Source of the DNA: Octopus vulgaris
Lineage: Eukaryota
NCBI GenBank assembly: GCA_951406725.2
Contig: OX597818.1
Location: forward strand, 88,474,001-88,538,000
DNA: 64,000 nucleotides
Direction: 5' to 3'
In this document: positions 25,713 through 39,866 of the stretch, piece by piece
Layout of the letters: each line of letters opens with the position of its first letter
Position numbering within the stretch: the stretch's first letter is position 1
Position numbers and translations under genes: made by a program
Notes under the pieces: generated by a model
The model's input: only the letters and a program-made list of their open reading frames with translations
Databases searched by the model: none
Told to the model about the DNA's origin: nothing

Positions 25713-26770
25713 GGATCTTTTCAGTTTGGCAGCCAAATTTCGGAAATCCAAAGACTATTAAAATTTTAAAATTTGCTACATTAATGTAGTTTTCCAAGCT
25801 GAACCTCAGGAGATATTTCACTTCTTCCAGAATTTTCTTTTTAATAAATTTTAATTAATTTATAGAGGTTTCAAATTTCATCATTTTCACCCAGTCGGAA
25901 AACAGGATTTGGAAGCTGTCATTTTGTGCATGAGAGCGCATGTTGTCAACTGTAAACAAATCAAATTCTGCGCTACGCACGTCATATAACCCCTCATAAC
26001 ATCATTTATATATTTGGGAATTTTCAGAAAACTTTTGCAAGGCTGTGTGGTAAGTAGCTTGCTTACCAACCACATGGTTCCAGGTTCAGTCCCACTGCGT
26101 GGCATCTTGGGCAGGTGTCTTCTACTATAGCCTCGGGTCGAGCAAAGCTTTGTGAGTGGATTTGGTAGACAGAAACTGAAAGATGCCCGTCGTATATATG
26201 TATGTGTGTGTGTGTGTATGTTTGTGTGTATGTATGTTTGTGTGTCTGTGTTTGTCCCCCTAGCATTGCTTGACAACCTATGCTGGTGTGTTTACGTCCC
26301 CGTAATTTAGCGGTTCGGCAAAAGAAACCGATAGAATAAGTACTAGGCTTACAAAGGGTAAGTCCCGGGGTCGATTTGCTCGACTAAAGGCGTTGCTCCA
26401 GCATGGCCGCAGTCAAATGACTGAAACAAGTGATTTAAAGCCTATTTGGCTGTTATCTTTAGCACATCTGACGACCACCTCAATAAGTGGAAAATATTTG
26501 TCAACACATGCTTTCTCGCAGACAAAAATGTTCTCATGCTTGGCTTGTTACTTTGGAAACAAGCATGAATGTGTCTGTGTTTAAAATTGGCTAAAATTAC
26601 CCAAAATTAAAAAAATTTTAAAGCTGATAACTTTTTATTTATTGATTTATTGCGAAAATGAATTTCAAAACATTTATTAGCATATAAAACCATATCATTA
26701 CACCAAATATGAAATCAATTCGAACAGAAATTGAAGAGATTGAAAACTGGCGGCCAAACAGAAAAAATCC
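25713..26770. mobile_element. Non-autonomous TIR DNA transposon with a nested SINE-A (26041-26431)
   Basis: Left end GGATCTTTTCAGTTTGGCAGCCA versus the reverse complement of the right end, GGATTTTTTCTGTTTGGCCGCCA. Superfamily not determined. Confidence 0.7.
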
Positions 26771-27345
26771 AATATATCAACTATAAACAACATATTAATC
26801 ACATCAACAACATCAAACACAACAACTACATCAAACATACAACTAATTCATCAAACAGATCGACTATAAACAACACTTTAAACACACCAAATACATCGAC
26901 TATATCCCAACATATCAACTACACACACGAGCACTCCCACCACCATATCAAACACTTCAAACGCACCGAACACATCGACAGTAACAAACATGTCGATAAC
27001 ATCCAAAATGTAAAAGATCAGGCATCTTTAATCACTTTTCCCCGCGAAATATACGTTCTCCTTTCCCCGGAACGGCAAAATTCTTAGAGTAGCTCAATTT
27101 TTCTGAATCTGTTCAAGGCTTTACACGAACTTTCACAGTTGCTTATATTCTTTTCTACTCGAGGCAAAAGGTCTGAAATTTTGGGGGAGGGAACCAGTCG
27201 ATTAGATCGACCCCAGCACGCAACAGGTACTTAATTTATCGACCCCGAAAGGATGAAAGGCAAAGTCAGCCTCGGCGGAGTTTGAACTCTGAAGGTAAAA
27301 CAGTTGCTTATATTGATGCAAAACTAATACCAACTAACAGTTGCT

Positions 27346-27635
27346 TGGAGTCACATGGCCTAGTGGTTTGAGCAGCGGACTCGCAGTCGAGGGATCGCGG
27401 GTTCGAATCTCAGACCGGGCGATGTGTGTGTTTATGAACGAAACACCTAAGCACCACGCGGCTCCGGCTGAAGGTAATGGCGTACTTCGGCTGACTCTTT
27501 CGCCACAACTTTCTCTCACTCTTTCCTCCTGCATCTTGCGATGGACAGGCGTCCCGTCCAGGTGGGGAACCTATACGCCAAGGAAACCGGAAAACCGGCC
27601 CTTATGAGCCAGGCGTGGCTCGAGTAGGAACAAAC
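27346..27635 (+). mobile_element. Diverged SINE family C relative
   Basis: tggcctagtgg A box and ggttcgaatc B box; body similar to family C, different tail. Confidence 0.7.
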
Positions 27636-27700
27636 AGCTGCTTATACACAAGCACAAACATACGCATGCACACAGACACACAGAGACACAGACACACACA

Positions 27701-27742
<42 letters not shown>

Positions 27743-27752
27743 TATATATATA

Positions 27753-28150
27753 GGCGCAGGAGTAACTGTGTGGTAAGAAGCTTGCTTCCCAACCAAATGG
27801 TTCCAGGTTCAGTCCCACTGCGTGATACCTTGCATAAGTGTCTTTTACTATAGCCTTGGGCCGATCAAAGGCTTGTCAGTGAATTTGGTAGACGGAGTGT
27901 GAAAGAAGCCCGTCGTATATATATGCATACATTTGTGTCCATGTGTCTGCGTTTGTCCTCACACCATTGCTTGACAACTGATGTTGGTGTGTTTACGTCC
28001 CCGTAACATAGCGGTTCGGCAAAAGAAAACGATAGAATAAGTATTAGGCTTACAAGGTGTGAAATAAGTATTGGGGTCGATTTGTTCGACTAAAGGGCGG
28101 TGCCGCAGCATGGCAGCAGTCAGATGACTGAAACAAGTAAAAGAATAAAA
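27753..28150 (+). mobile_element. SINE family A
   Basis: Full-length similarity to 23907-24367. Confidence 0.88.
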
Positions 28151-28183
28151 GAATATACATATATATGGATTAACTATATATTT

Positions 28184-28250
<67 letters not shown>

Positions 28251-28417
28251 AGAAACGAACTTCCTTAATTACACAGACTAGCCGACACAACAACAATAAC
28301 AACAACAACGACGACAATAACAACAACGTCAACTAGAACAACAACAACAGCAATAGTATGCGTGTGAATAGTATGCGTGCGTATGGAGGTATGCAAGCTT
28401 GTATAAACAGACACACA

Positions 28418-28467
<50 letters not shown>

Positions 28468-28630
28468 CACACACAAAATGGGACAGTTAGGTGATATAAA
28501 AAAGGGATAACAAAACATCCAGATAGACGATACAAAGAAATCAAGGACGGGTGTTTTCTTTCCTCAGTCAAGTTCCAGATTATCTTTGCAATTTCGGCTG
28601 GTTATACTCTCGACTTCTCCAATCTGGCCA

Positions 28631-28666
<36 letters not shown>

Positions 28667-29164
28667 TGTATGTTTGTATGTTTGTATGTATGTATGTATG
28701 TATGTATGTATGTATACACAGACATACATACACACATCGTATACTTCTGTTTATGTTCATACGTATGTGCATGTATGTGTTTATTCGTAAGCATGTGTGC
28801 GCGTGTATATCTCTGTGTATATGTGTGTATGTTCGAAAACTGCAGTTTGAGAAGTTGGCCAATAAACAGCCAGTCAACGAACCAACCAACTGACTAACCA
28901 GCCAGACAGCCAGTCAGCCAGCCAACGAAGCAGCTAACGTTGAAATCACTGTTGAAAACATCGTGACAGAATCCTGTTTAAGTTCAATTACTGGTGGTGG
29001 TGGTGGTGGTGGTTGTGGTCGTGGTGGTGGCGGTGGCGGAGGTGGAGGTGGTGGTGTTGGTGGGTGCGTGGAGTGAGGCTGGTGCAGATGCTACCTTGTT
29101 TAGCCCGAGGTCAGACTTGATCGAACAGGACTACAATCAAAGCGTTTCTGAGACCATCCCTCGT

Positions 29165-29196
<32 letters not shown>

Positions 29197-29269
29197 CCCA
29201 AAACCACCACCACCACTACCAACAACACCATATCACCATGGTAGTATCGTTGGTAGTGGAAGTGGCGGT

Positions 29270-29632
29270 TGTATGATTATGGAGCAGAAGCAGTGGGGAA
29301 GCATCATAGCCATGTGTTCAGAAGAATTCTATGGGGTTTGGATAGTTCACCTCGGGAAACATGGGTGTTTCGTTCAATATCCCCAAGCAACCCTTATTCA
29401 GGGATCTTTTGAGCGAGATGGGCTACTCGACCAGAAGAAAATTCTAGCTGGGCTCTACCTGCAAGGTCATGCGCTGTTAATCTTGATATGAGATCACCAT
29501 GTCACGCACAAATGGTTTGTGATGCATGTGCCTAGTGTACCCTTATCAGACGGATAGTCATGATGGGTAAACTGGGCTTCATATATTTTATCCCAGTGTC
29601 ACTTTGATGGCATGCACTGCGCTCTCACTCAT
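29270..29632 (+). mobile_element. Retroposon 3' region (family D) ending in (AAT)n
   Basis: An inverted copy lies at 32212-32545 and an overlapping upstream part at ~49215-49415. Confidence 0.7.
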
Positions 29633-29697
29633 TAATAATAATAATAAAAATAATAATAATAATGATAATGATAATTATAATAATAATAATGGTAATG

Positions 29698-29759
<62 letters not shown>

Positions 29760-30267
29760 CATATTGAAAGACTTCAGACAAAGAATATGCCTCCTCATTG
29801 ATATGACTATCCCAATCGATATAAACGTATCTGTCAAGACCTACCAAAAGCTGAGCAAATATAAAGATCTTGAAATAGAAATCAGCAAAATGTGGAACCT
29901 GAAGACTAAAACAATACATGTTGTCATAGGTGCCCTGGGAATGATAGCGAAAGGGGCTGATTGCTACCTAACTCAGATACCAGGAAACCCCAAAATGGCA
30001 GAAATTCAAAAGATAGTGCTCATGGGAACTGCTCATATCCTACGCAAAATACTCTCTATGTAATCCCAAGGTTTAAAACAAACTTCTTTTTTTAATTTAT
30101 GTATTAGACATTCACTAGTACAACACCAAAAAAACCCCCAAATATATGGCACACTAGGCATAACAACAACGTGAACTTCCAACCTGTTGTCTCTTGAGGT
30201 CTCTGGGTGAGACTTGGAGCCAACTTGTACAGACATAAAGCAAAAGTCAAACATAGAATAATAATAA
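29760..30267 (+). mobile_element. 5'-truncated R4/Dong-like LINE: restriction-like endonuclease C-terminus (to stop at 30063) and 3' UTR
   Basis: ILKDFRQRICLLIDMTIP...KLSKYKDLEIEISKMW...VVIGALG...IQKIVLMGTAHILRK is typical of RLE-type LINEs. TAA repeats lie on both sides, the known target type of Dong. Confidence 0.8.
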
Positions 30268-30490
30268 TTTCTACTATAGGCACAAGGCCCAAAATTTGGT
30301 GGAGAAGAGTAGTCGATCACGCTGACCCCAGTAATTGCCTGGTACTTAATTTACCGACCCCGAAATAATGAAAGACAAAATTGACCTTGGCGAAATTTGA
30401 ACTCAGAACGTAAAGACATAATGATGTAGCTAAAGCAGCTTGCCCGGTGTGCTAACAAGTCTGCCAGCTCGCTACCTTTCGATAATAATA

Positions 30491-30715
30491 CGGTAATCCC
30501 TCGACTATCACGGGTTTTACGTTCCAACCCCACCCCCACACGATACGTGAAAATCCACGGTGTGGAAACAGTGCTATACTGTATGTCTTTTACTATTTTT
30601 TATGATTAGTATATATTTATTTTATTATAAATGCTAAACAGCACCACGGAGGAATCGACGTAAGCTTAGATAATAAACCGCAATAGGTGGACCGCGATAT
30701 GACGAGGGATTACTG
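30491..30715. mobile_element. 225-bp Tc1/mariner-pogo (Tigger-like) MITE
   Basis: TA|CGGTAATCCCTCG ... CGAGGGATTACTG|TA. Confidence 0.8.
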
Positions 30716-30957
30716 TAATCCTTTCTACTAAAGAATCAAGGCCTAAAATTTGGAGGCAGGGGACTAGTCAATAACATCAACCCCAGTGTTTTACTGGTAC
30801 TTAATTCATCGACCCCCAAAAAATATAAAAGGAAAAATTGACCTCGGCGGAATTTGAACTCAGAACGTAGCGACGGACGAAATACCGCTAAGTATTTCGC
30901 CCAGCGTACTAACGATTCTGCCAATTTATGTCAACTGTTGATAGTCTGAATTTCACC

Positions 30958-31330
30958 TCGCACTCTGCAGAGAGCGCAAACCTCCGCCAAGGCAACACCA
31001 ACGTCCTCTCAACGATTAGCCGGAGATGATATTTGAAATGAGAATATCTGAAATAAACTCGACTACTCTAACAAACGAAAACACTAAACATGAACCCGAC
31101 CGCTCTCTAAAATTAAGTAAAAAACAACAGGAAAAATAATCCAGAATCCTTGTCCGATACCGGATCGATCCCAAAATCTAATCAGCTCGTGTCAGTCACG
31201 AGGCCAAACATCCTTGGAAGTGTCATCCGAATCCATCCAGCGGTTCTTGAGATATCTTGTTCACGGACAAACAAACAAACAAATACAACTGAAAACAATA
31301 CCTCCGCTTTCGCTAAAGCGGGGGTAATAA
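30958..31330 (-). mobile_element. HINE/DINE-like (Helentron-associated) non-autonomous element
   Basis: Minus strand: 5' palindromic subTIR acccccgcttt-agcg-aaagcggaggt, a (GTTT)n microsatellite, a 3' ggcggaggt subTIR and a terminal hairpin gcgctct/agagtgc. Confidence 0.65.
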
Positions 31331-31465
31331 TAATTATACTACTGCTGCTACTATTGCTAGTAATGTTGTGGTACTTGTTGGTAATTTGATAATATTGTTT
31401 TTGGAGTTGGTTATGGTAGCGGCGGTGCTGTGGTTATGATAGCTGTTTTGATGATGATGATCATA

Positions 31466-31498
<33 letters not shown>

Positions 31499-31552
31499 GC
31501 GGTGGTGGCAGTGGTAGTAGTGAGGAGTTATTATTAATTGTTATTCTTTAGA

Positions 31553-32170
31553 AGGCAGCGAGCTGCCAGAATCGTTACCACGTCGGATAAAATGCTTAGC
31601 GGCATTTCTTTCGGTTTTACGTTCCGAGTTCAAATTCTTGCGTGGCCGACTTCGTCTTTTATCCTATTCGGGGAGCGAAAAAAACAAGTACCAGTTGAGC
31701 ACTGAGGTCAGTGTAATCGACTAGTCTCCTCCCCCAACATTTCAGGCCTTGTGTCTTCAGTAGAAGGGATGAGCTGGCAGAACCGTTAGCACGCTGGGCA
31801 AAATACTTAACGGCATTTCAACTTTACCTTTCAACCTTTCGGGGTCAATAAAGTACCAGTTGAATACTGGAATCGATGTAATCAACTTTTCCCCACCCCA
31901 AATTTTAGGCCTTGTGCCTAAAGTTGGCACACCATCATCATCATCATCATCTGCAGCAGCAGCAGCAGCTGGCAGAATCGTTTGCACACCACGCAGCATG
32001 CTTAGTGGTATTTCATACGTCTGATTGATTTGAGTTCAAATTCCGTCGAGGTTGACTTTGCCTTTCATCCTTTCGGGGTCGATAAATTAGGTGCACGTGA
32101 AACTCTGGAGTCGATGTAATCGACTGGTCTCCTCCCCCCAAATTTCAGGCCTTGTGCCTTTAGCTGGAAG
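31553..32170 (+). mobile_element. Three consecutive SINE family B copies
   Basis: Repeated gagctggcagaatcgtt heads and ggccttgtgcct tails. Confidence 0.8.
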
Positions 32171-32989
32171 AAATATTAGTGGCAAATAATTGAAATCATT
32201 ATCATTATCGTGTGAGAGAGCAATGCATGCCATTAAAGTGACTCTGGGGTAAAATATACGAAATGTGATTATCCGTAAAATATGATTATCCGTCTGATAA
32301 GGGTACACAAGGCACATGCATCACAAACCATATGTGCGTAACATGGTGATCTCATATAAAGATAAACAGCGCATGACCTTGCAGGTAGAGCCCAGCTAGA
32401 ATTTTCTTCTGGTCGAGTAGCCCATCCCGCTCAAAAGGTACTTGAATAAGAGTTATTTAAGGATGTTGAACGAAACACCCAGGCTTCCAGGGGTGAATTA
32501 TTCAAAACCCAAAGAATTCCTCTCAACACATGGCTATGATGCTTCATCCTTGTGGCAAATAAATGAAATTATTATTATTATTATGATTATTATTATTATG
32601 ATTATTATTATTATTATGATTATTATTATTATGATTATTATTATTATTATGATTATTATTATTATTATTATTATGATTGTTGTTGTTGTTGTTATCATTA
32701 TCATTAAGGCGGTGAACTGGAGGAATCTTTCTCGCGCCGGACAAAACCTTTAACGGCATTCCGTCGGTCGTAACGGTGACACTTTCAAATTCCGCCCAGA
32801 TCGACTTTACCTTCCACCCCTCTCATAGGGTGCAGGTGGGGCGACATAGTGAATAAGTACCTGTCAAGTATTGGGGTTGATTGTATTCGACTTTCCCCCC
32901 CTCTCCTCAAAAACAGCTGGTTCTGTACCAAAATCTTACACCACTGTTTTTGGTTGCTATATTCATGTTGTTTTTTTCTCTTGTTACAG

Positions 32990-33286
32990 TTGTAAACGAT
33001 GTTGGGACAGTTATTGTTGACGTTGTCGTTATTGTTCTTAATATCCTGATTCGTGATGTTGTTGTTATTGTTGTTGTAGTTGTGGTTAATATTGGAACTC
33101 CCTTAGACTGTTGTAGTAGTTGTATTTGTTGTTATTGTTGCCGTTGTTACTATGGTCGTTGTTGTTGTTCCTGTTTTCACAGTTGTTATTACAGTTGTTG
33201 CAATCCTTTACTATTGTTTCTACTCTTGCATGCAGTTATGGTAGTAGTAGTAGTAGTAGTAGTAGTAAAAGTAGTAGTAGTAGTAA

Positions 33287-33331
<45 letters not shown>

Positions 33332-33520
33332 CAGCAGCAGTAGTAGTAGTTATTGTTTTTGTCGTTTTTGTAGTGGCATCATCGGCCGCAGCAGTAGCAG
33401 TGGAAGTAGTGTTAGTATTAGTTGTTGTTGTTGTATCCGGATAAGTAGTAGTAGTGTAGTAATTGCTGTTGTTGTTGTTGTTGTTGTTGTTATTGTTGTA
33501 GTTGTTTTTTCATTAGCTGC

Positions 33521-33554
<34 letters not shown>

Positions 33555-33616
33555 ATAGCAGCAGCAGCAGCAGAAGTAGTAGTAGTAGTAGAGGTGGTAG
33601 TAGTAGTAGTAGTAGT

Positions 33617-33672
<56 letters not shown>

Positions 33673-33677
33673 AAGTG

Positions 33678-33720
<43 letters not shown>

Positions 33721-33721
33721 A

Positions 33722-33778
<57 letters not shown>

Positions 33779-35160
33779 GGTAGTAGTATTAGTAGTAGTA
33801 GTAGGTGATATTCTGTCAGTAACTGTGTAGCTTTTAAACACCCGCTTGCTGCAATAGTTGAAGTAAAAGCAGGTAGCGATGGCTAACGGTGCAACAGCGG
33901 TGCAGTGAAACTGCATAGGGGTGTGTGGGTTGTTGGGTAACAATAGCAGATGATGATGGTGGTGGTGGTGGTGGTGGTGTCGTCGGTGGTGGTTGTGGTT
34001 GGGGGGTGCATGCATAGAAAAGCCGGTTGCGATATAACTGCGATATCGGAAAAGCGGGGAAGTGAACGACTAATTTACAGCAGTGTAGCGGCGATGGTGA
34101 TGGTGGTGATGGTGGTGATGGTTGGTGGTTGGTAGATAAGGTGAATATATATATGTAGTGAGATTGGAGTAACAATTGCAAGGGGTGGCCATGGTATGAT
34201 AGCGGGCAGAGATGGGGGGGGGGAGGGATCAAGGATATAGTAGAGAAATGGGCAACAACGTGTACTGGACTGTTGTTGTTGTTGTGGCGGTGGTAGTGGG
34301 GTGGGGTGGGGGGCGTACTGGTGGCTGTTGTGATGGTGCTAATGCTGATTGTGGTTGAGGTGGTAGTGGTTATTGTGGTGGTAGTTGCGCTACAGTTGGT
34401 GGTGATGGTGATGATGATGGTTGTATTGGTAGTTGTAATGGAGGTGGTTGATATGGTGTTGGTGATGATGGTGATGAAATGAGGATGCAGTGTTGGTGAT
34501 GGTAGTAGTAGTGGTACTGGTTGTGGCGATGTGGTGGTGAGGTGATGCTGGCAATTGTAGCGTTGGTGGTGATGATTGAAGTGGTAGCTGTAGTGGTTGT
34601 TGTGGTGGTGAGGAGGAAAGCAGGGCAATGTTGGTGATAGTCGGGATTGTAATGGTGGTGGTGGTGGTGGACGTAGTGGTGGTAATGATGCTGGCAGTGG
34701 TAACGGGGGTGGTGATGATTGAAGTCGTAACTGTAGTTGTGGTAGTGGGGTGGGGAAGGCAGGGCAATGTTGGTGATATTTGGGAATGTAGTGGTGGTGG
34801 TGGTGGTGGCGGTGGTGTTAATGATGGTAATGGTGGTAGTGGGGATGATGATGGTGGTGATGGCGGTGGTGGTGGTGGCAGTGTTGATAGTTTTGGTGGT
34901 GGTGGTGGTGATGTTGATGGTGGTGGTGGTTATAGTAATGGCGGTGGTGGCGGTGGTGGTGGTGGCGGTGGTGGTGGTGGTGGTAGTGTTGATGGTGATA
35001 GTTGTAGTGATGGTGGTTGCGGTGGTTACAGTGGTGGTGGTGATGGTGATGGTGATAAGGATGATGATAATCGCAGAGATGGCACTAGTGAAGGTGATGG
35101 CAGTGATGATGGTATTGGTCATGATGCTGGTGGTGATGACGGTGATGGTTGTGGTGTAGG
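32990..35160. repeat. Large compound trinucleotide region: (GTT)n, (GTA)n, (GTG/GAT)n with unique islands
   Basis: Direct reading. It includes a short internal duplication (~34490-34640 / 34650-34780). Confidence 0.9.
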
Positions 35161-35813
35161 TCGCGGTAGTATTGGCGAGAGTATTGCTAGTGGTGGTGCC
35201 TTGTGCTAAGCGAAAGTAGTAGTTTTTGTAGCAGTATTGATGAGGAAGTCGGTGGTGGTGGCCATTGGGATAAAAGCGGAGTGCTTGTGTTGATCGCAGA
35301 TTTATTACCAGAGGAAAGAAAGCCGAGGTGCATAGAAACGTGCAGCAAGGTGCAGAAGTGGCGGCGTCGGTAGCGGTGTTGCGGGAGATTGAGGTCCGTG
35401 ATGGTGCAACCTAACTGCAATAATGCATTTTATGTTCGTGTTGTTTTGTTTATCTCTTACTGCAGCAATGCATCTGTGTTGCACTGAAAGTTGCATCATA
35501 GACAAAACAACGGATACATCTCCCTGCCAGGCTGTCTGTGTGTCTATCCTATGTGAGTAAGGCTTGTGTGTGTGAGTGCATTCGTGCGTGTGTGTGTGTG
35601 TGTGTGTGAATGCATTCGTGCGTGTGTGTGTGCTCATTTGTCTATGGGTGTGTGTATGTGTGCATGTGTGCGTGTAGCATGTTGTGTCTATATCTATTTA
35701 ATCTATATGTATGTATATACATATATATATGTGTGTGTGTTGTGTGTGTGTATGTGTGTATTGCTGTGTGTAATGGATGTATATGTTTGCATGTATATAT
35801 GCGTATATCTGTC

Positions 35814-35879
<66 letters not shown>

Positions 35880-36027
35880 CGCTCACATGTGTGTATATGT
35901 GAGTGTGTGCATATTTATATGCATATATATACATTTATATATGAGTGTGCATGTATGTGGGTATATTCATATTTATATGTATGCAGGCATGCATATACAT
36001 ACATATATATACATATGCATACATATA

Positions 36028-36086
<59 letters not shown>

Positions 36087-36464
36087 GTATATATATATTT
36101 GCATGTATATATACATAGGTGTATATATATATGTGTATGTATGTATGTATGTATGTATGTGTGTGTGAACTGATTTGTGTGTGAAGGGAAAAAAGAGCGA
36201 GGAAATGTACGTGTATGCGAGCGCGTGTGTGTGCATGTTTGTGTGTGTGCGCGCGTTTGTGCATGTTTGTGTGTGTGCGTATGTGTGCATGTATGTGTGT
36301 GTGTGCGTGTGTGTGTGCATGTATGTGCGTGCGCAGCAGACGCGCGACACACAAACATAGACTATGACAGAGGTTGGGGCTGCGTAGCTGTATGTCGGAT
36401 GTAGGGAGACGTGTGTGTGTGTGTATGTTGGAGGAAAAGGGGCGATGATGCAATGGGAGCGGAG

Positions 36465-36474
36465 GGTCACGTGA
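36465..36474. promoter_or_regulatory. Palindromic extended E-box GTCACGTGAC in a GC-rich unique island
   Basis: Matches the USF/MiT-TFE (CLEAR-type) consensus; motif only, function unshown. Confidence 0.25.
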
Positions 36475-37186
36475 CACTCGAAGCGGTAGGGCAAGACGGG
36501 GGGAGCATCAGTTATTGTCGAGTGCATAGGAGGGAAGGAAGCAATCTTCGTTCTTCCGGGAATGTTTGTGATGACGGGGTGGCGGTGATGTGGTGGTGCG
36601 AACGCTTAGATCAATGTGGATGTATAAAAGATAGAGAGCGGTAGAGGGAAGAAGGAGAGAGAGAGAGAGAAAGAGAGAGATAGAGACAGATATACAGACT
36701 AGCAAACAGAGGGGTAGTTTACAGACAGGGGATTTGGCGGGTATTTGGTAGATATGCTTGTAGCTATGGATAAATCGGTGTCGGTGTATGCGTATAGTTG
36801 TACATATTCGTGCACGTATATATATACCAAAGATGTCAATACACACAAAAATATACATACATGTCTGTATAAAGAGCTGTCGAAACGTAAATATGAGAAA
36901 TAGGCACTTCACTACGGTGCCAGTCTAATTTACGACTGCTTTATTATGACAGCTTAAGCTTAAGCTGTTCGATGCTATTGAGGAGAAAATCATGTCATGT
37001 CTTTCTTGACGAGTGATCAACAAGTTGTCAAACGGTCCAGCAGGAGACTCTCTGTCTCTTTTTTGCACCCGCATACCCGTAGCATAGAATGCTTAGATTC
37101 ATATTTCACCCATAGTAAGGCTTTCTAATTTATCAAATGCATTTCAATTTTTCTCATTTAAGCAGTGTCTTTATGTAAAATAGATG

Positions 37187-37217
<31 letters not shown>

Positions 37218-37479
37218 ACATTCACATACATTTAATGGAAGCACATGAAGCAGCGAAGGATGAAATATGTGTATCGTTTATCTTTTACTTGTTTCAGTAG
37301 AGAGCGGCCATGCTGGAGCATTGATCGTCTTGAAGAGTTTTGTCGAACAAATCAATGCTAGTATTTATTTCATCGGTCGCTTCTTGCCGAACAGTTGAGT
37401 TACGGGAACGTAAGCAAACCAACACCAGATGTCAAGCGGCAGTGTGGGACACAAAAAAAACACAAAGACATACACATAC

Positions 37480-37516
<37 letters not shown>

Positions 37517-37625
37517 CACAACGGGCTTCTTTCAATTTCCTTCTACCAATATCTGCTCACAAGTCTTTGGTCGATTCGGTCTGAACCCGAAACCGTGTGG
37601 TTAGGAATCAAACTTATCAGTGTTT

Positions 37626-37678
<53 letters not shown>

Positions 37679-38675
37679 TGTTTGATCCCCGTCTCACTAC
37701 CACTACTACCAACACCAACACCACCACTACCTCCACCACCGCCTTCATCCCCACCACCACCACCACCACCACCACTACCACCACTGCCACCACAACCATC
37801 GCCTCCACCATCGCTTGAAACACTCGGATTGATTTGTTTACGTCCTAGTTAACTTTGCGGTTCGACAAAAACACAAAAGTGACTGAGAGAATAAAAGCCA
37901 GACTTAGGAATACATATTAGAGTCGATTTGTTCGACTAAAGCCCTTCAACACTGCGCTACGGCATGGCCGCGCAATATGACGACAGGAATAATTAAAAGA
38001 TAAAAATAAAACACAACAGCTGCAAGCAAGCAATGCACCACAACACGCAGTAGCAACAGCAATTGCATCTGCATAGCATCTGCACCGGCACCTGTTCAAA
38101 AGCCGTCACCACAACCACAGCCACCACCACCACCACCACCACCACCACCACCACCACCACCACCACCACCACCGCCGCCGCCAACAACAACTAAGCTACC
38201 ATGAGTTAACGTGGGAGCTTCTCAGTGTTCGTTCAACAAACTAGAAATAGCAGCCAGATCTCTTTCATCTTACGTGTCCTGCCATCTAAATTTCTTTGAT
38301 CAAACGATGAACACTCAATTATGTGGTTTTAATTTCTTTTGCATATATGTATATATATATATATATATACATGTAGATGTAGGTACGTACATACATGTTT
38401 ATATATATGCATATGTTTTATTTCATTTATTAATATATATATATATCTTTTTCTTTCTTTTCTCTCTTTTACTCGTTTCAGTCATTTGACTGCGGCCATG
38501 CTGGAGCACCACCTTTAATCGAGCAACTCGACCCCGGGGCTTATTCTTTTTGTAAGCCCAGTACTTATTATATCGGTCTCTTTTGCCGAACCGCTAAGTA
38601 ACGGGGACATAAACACACCAGCATCGGTTGTCAAGCAATGCTAGAGGGACAAACACAGACACACAAACACACACA

Positions 38676-38745
<70 letters not shown>

Positions 38746-39481
38746 ACGGGCTTCTTTCAGTTTCCGTCTACCAAATCCACTCACAAGGCTCTGGTCGGCC
38801 CGGTTGGTTGAATGATAATCACAATCATGATCATTGTGAATATATCAATGACGACAACGACAACGACCACGAGGATGATGATGATGATGATGATGACGAT
38901 GATGACGATGATGATGATGATGACGATGACGATGATGACGATGATGATAGTGTTGGAAATGCTGGTGATGATGGTGATGGTCGTCGTGGTCGTGCTGGTG
39001 GTAGTGGCAATGTTGGCGGTGATAGCGGCGGGATGATGTTGATGATGATGATGATGATCATGATCATGATGATGATGCCGACGGTGATTAGGATAAGGAT
39101 GGCGGCGGCGGCGGTGGCAGTGGTGGTAGTGGTAAAAGTGATGTGGTGGTCGTGGGGATCGTGGGAGTAGTGATGAAAGCGATGGCAAAGTCTCGGTTGA
39201 TGGTGATAATGACGATAGCGATGACGACGAAGACGACGACGATGATGACGATGATGATGATGGTAGTAAAGAAATAGAGGATGGAGAAGTGGAACAGCAG
39301 GAAGAAAGGGGGGAGGTGTTGATAATAATGATGACGGCAGCTTCGTAGTACTCGAGCCCATACGTGCGTACAGAAGGCCGGCATCTCTTTTAAATTGGAC
39401 TTTCAGGTTTAGCGCCTCATTAACAGCAGCCTCTTGCACCGGTCTGATTCAGCGGTGCTTGCTTCTCTATAACAACGTTAG

Positions 39482-39526
<45 letters not shown>

Positions 39527-39826
39527 CACATACACACACACATATACACACACACTCAAACAAGCGTGCATGTTGGCGATTGCACTGGGAACTTTGACAA
39601 TAGTAAGGAGAAGAGCGTCATCGGATGTCAGCATAAATAATCTGCCGTTGATGGGAATGTTTTGGTGATGATGTCCTTCAAACGATTAGTTCCCTCTTGG
39701 CTACCTTTCTGGCCAGTTCATAGACGTGTACTGGCCAGCGGTCAAATTAAATAGATGAAGCAATGGTGAAAAGAATTTTCCGGCATAAGTTGAACATGCA
39801 CGTATGCACGCATGCAAGCGCGTACA

Positions 39827-39866
<40 letters not shown>

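Noticed and set aside
33120-35209. Poly-V/T/S/G/H ORFs of 190-260 aa
   Set aside because: Trinucleotide repeats are open in several frames on both strands, with no recognisable domain.
38831-39439. 202-aa minus-strand ORF
   Set aside because: Non-ATG start, mostly a trinucleotide tract, and no recognisable homology in the short unique part.
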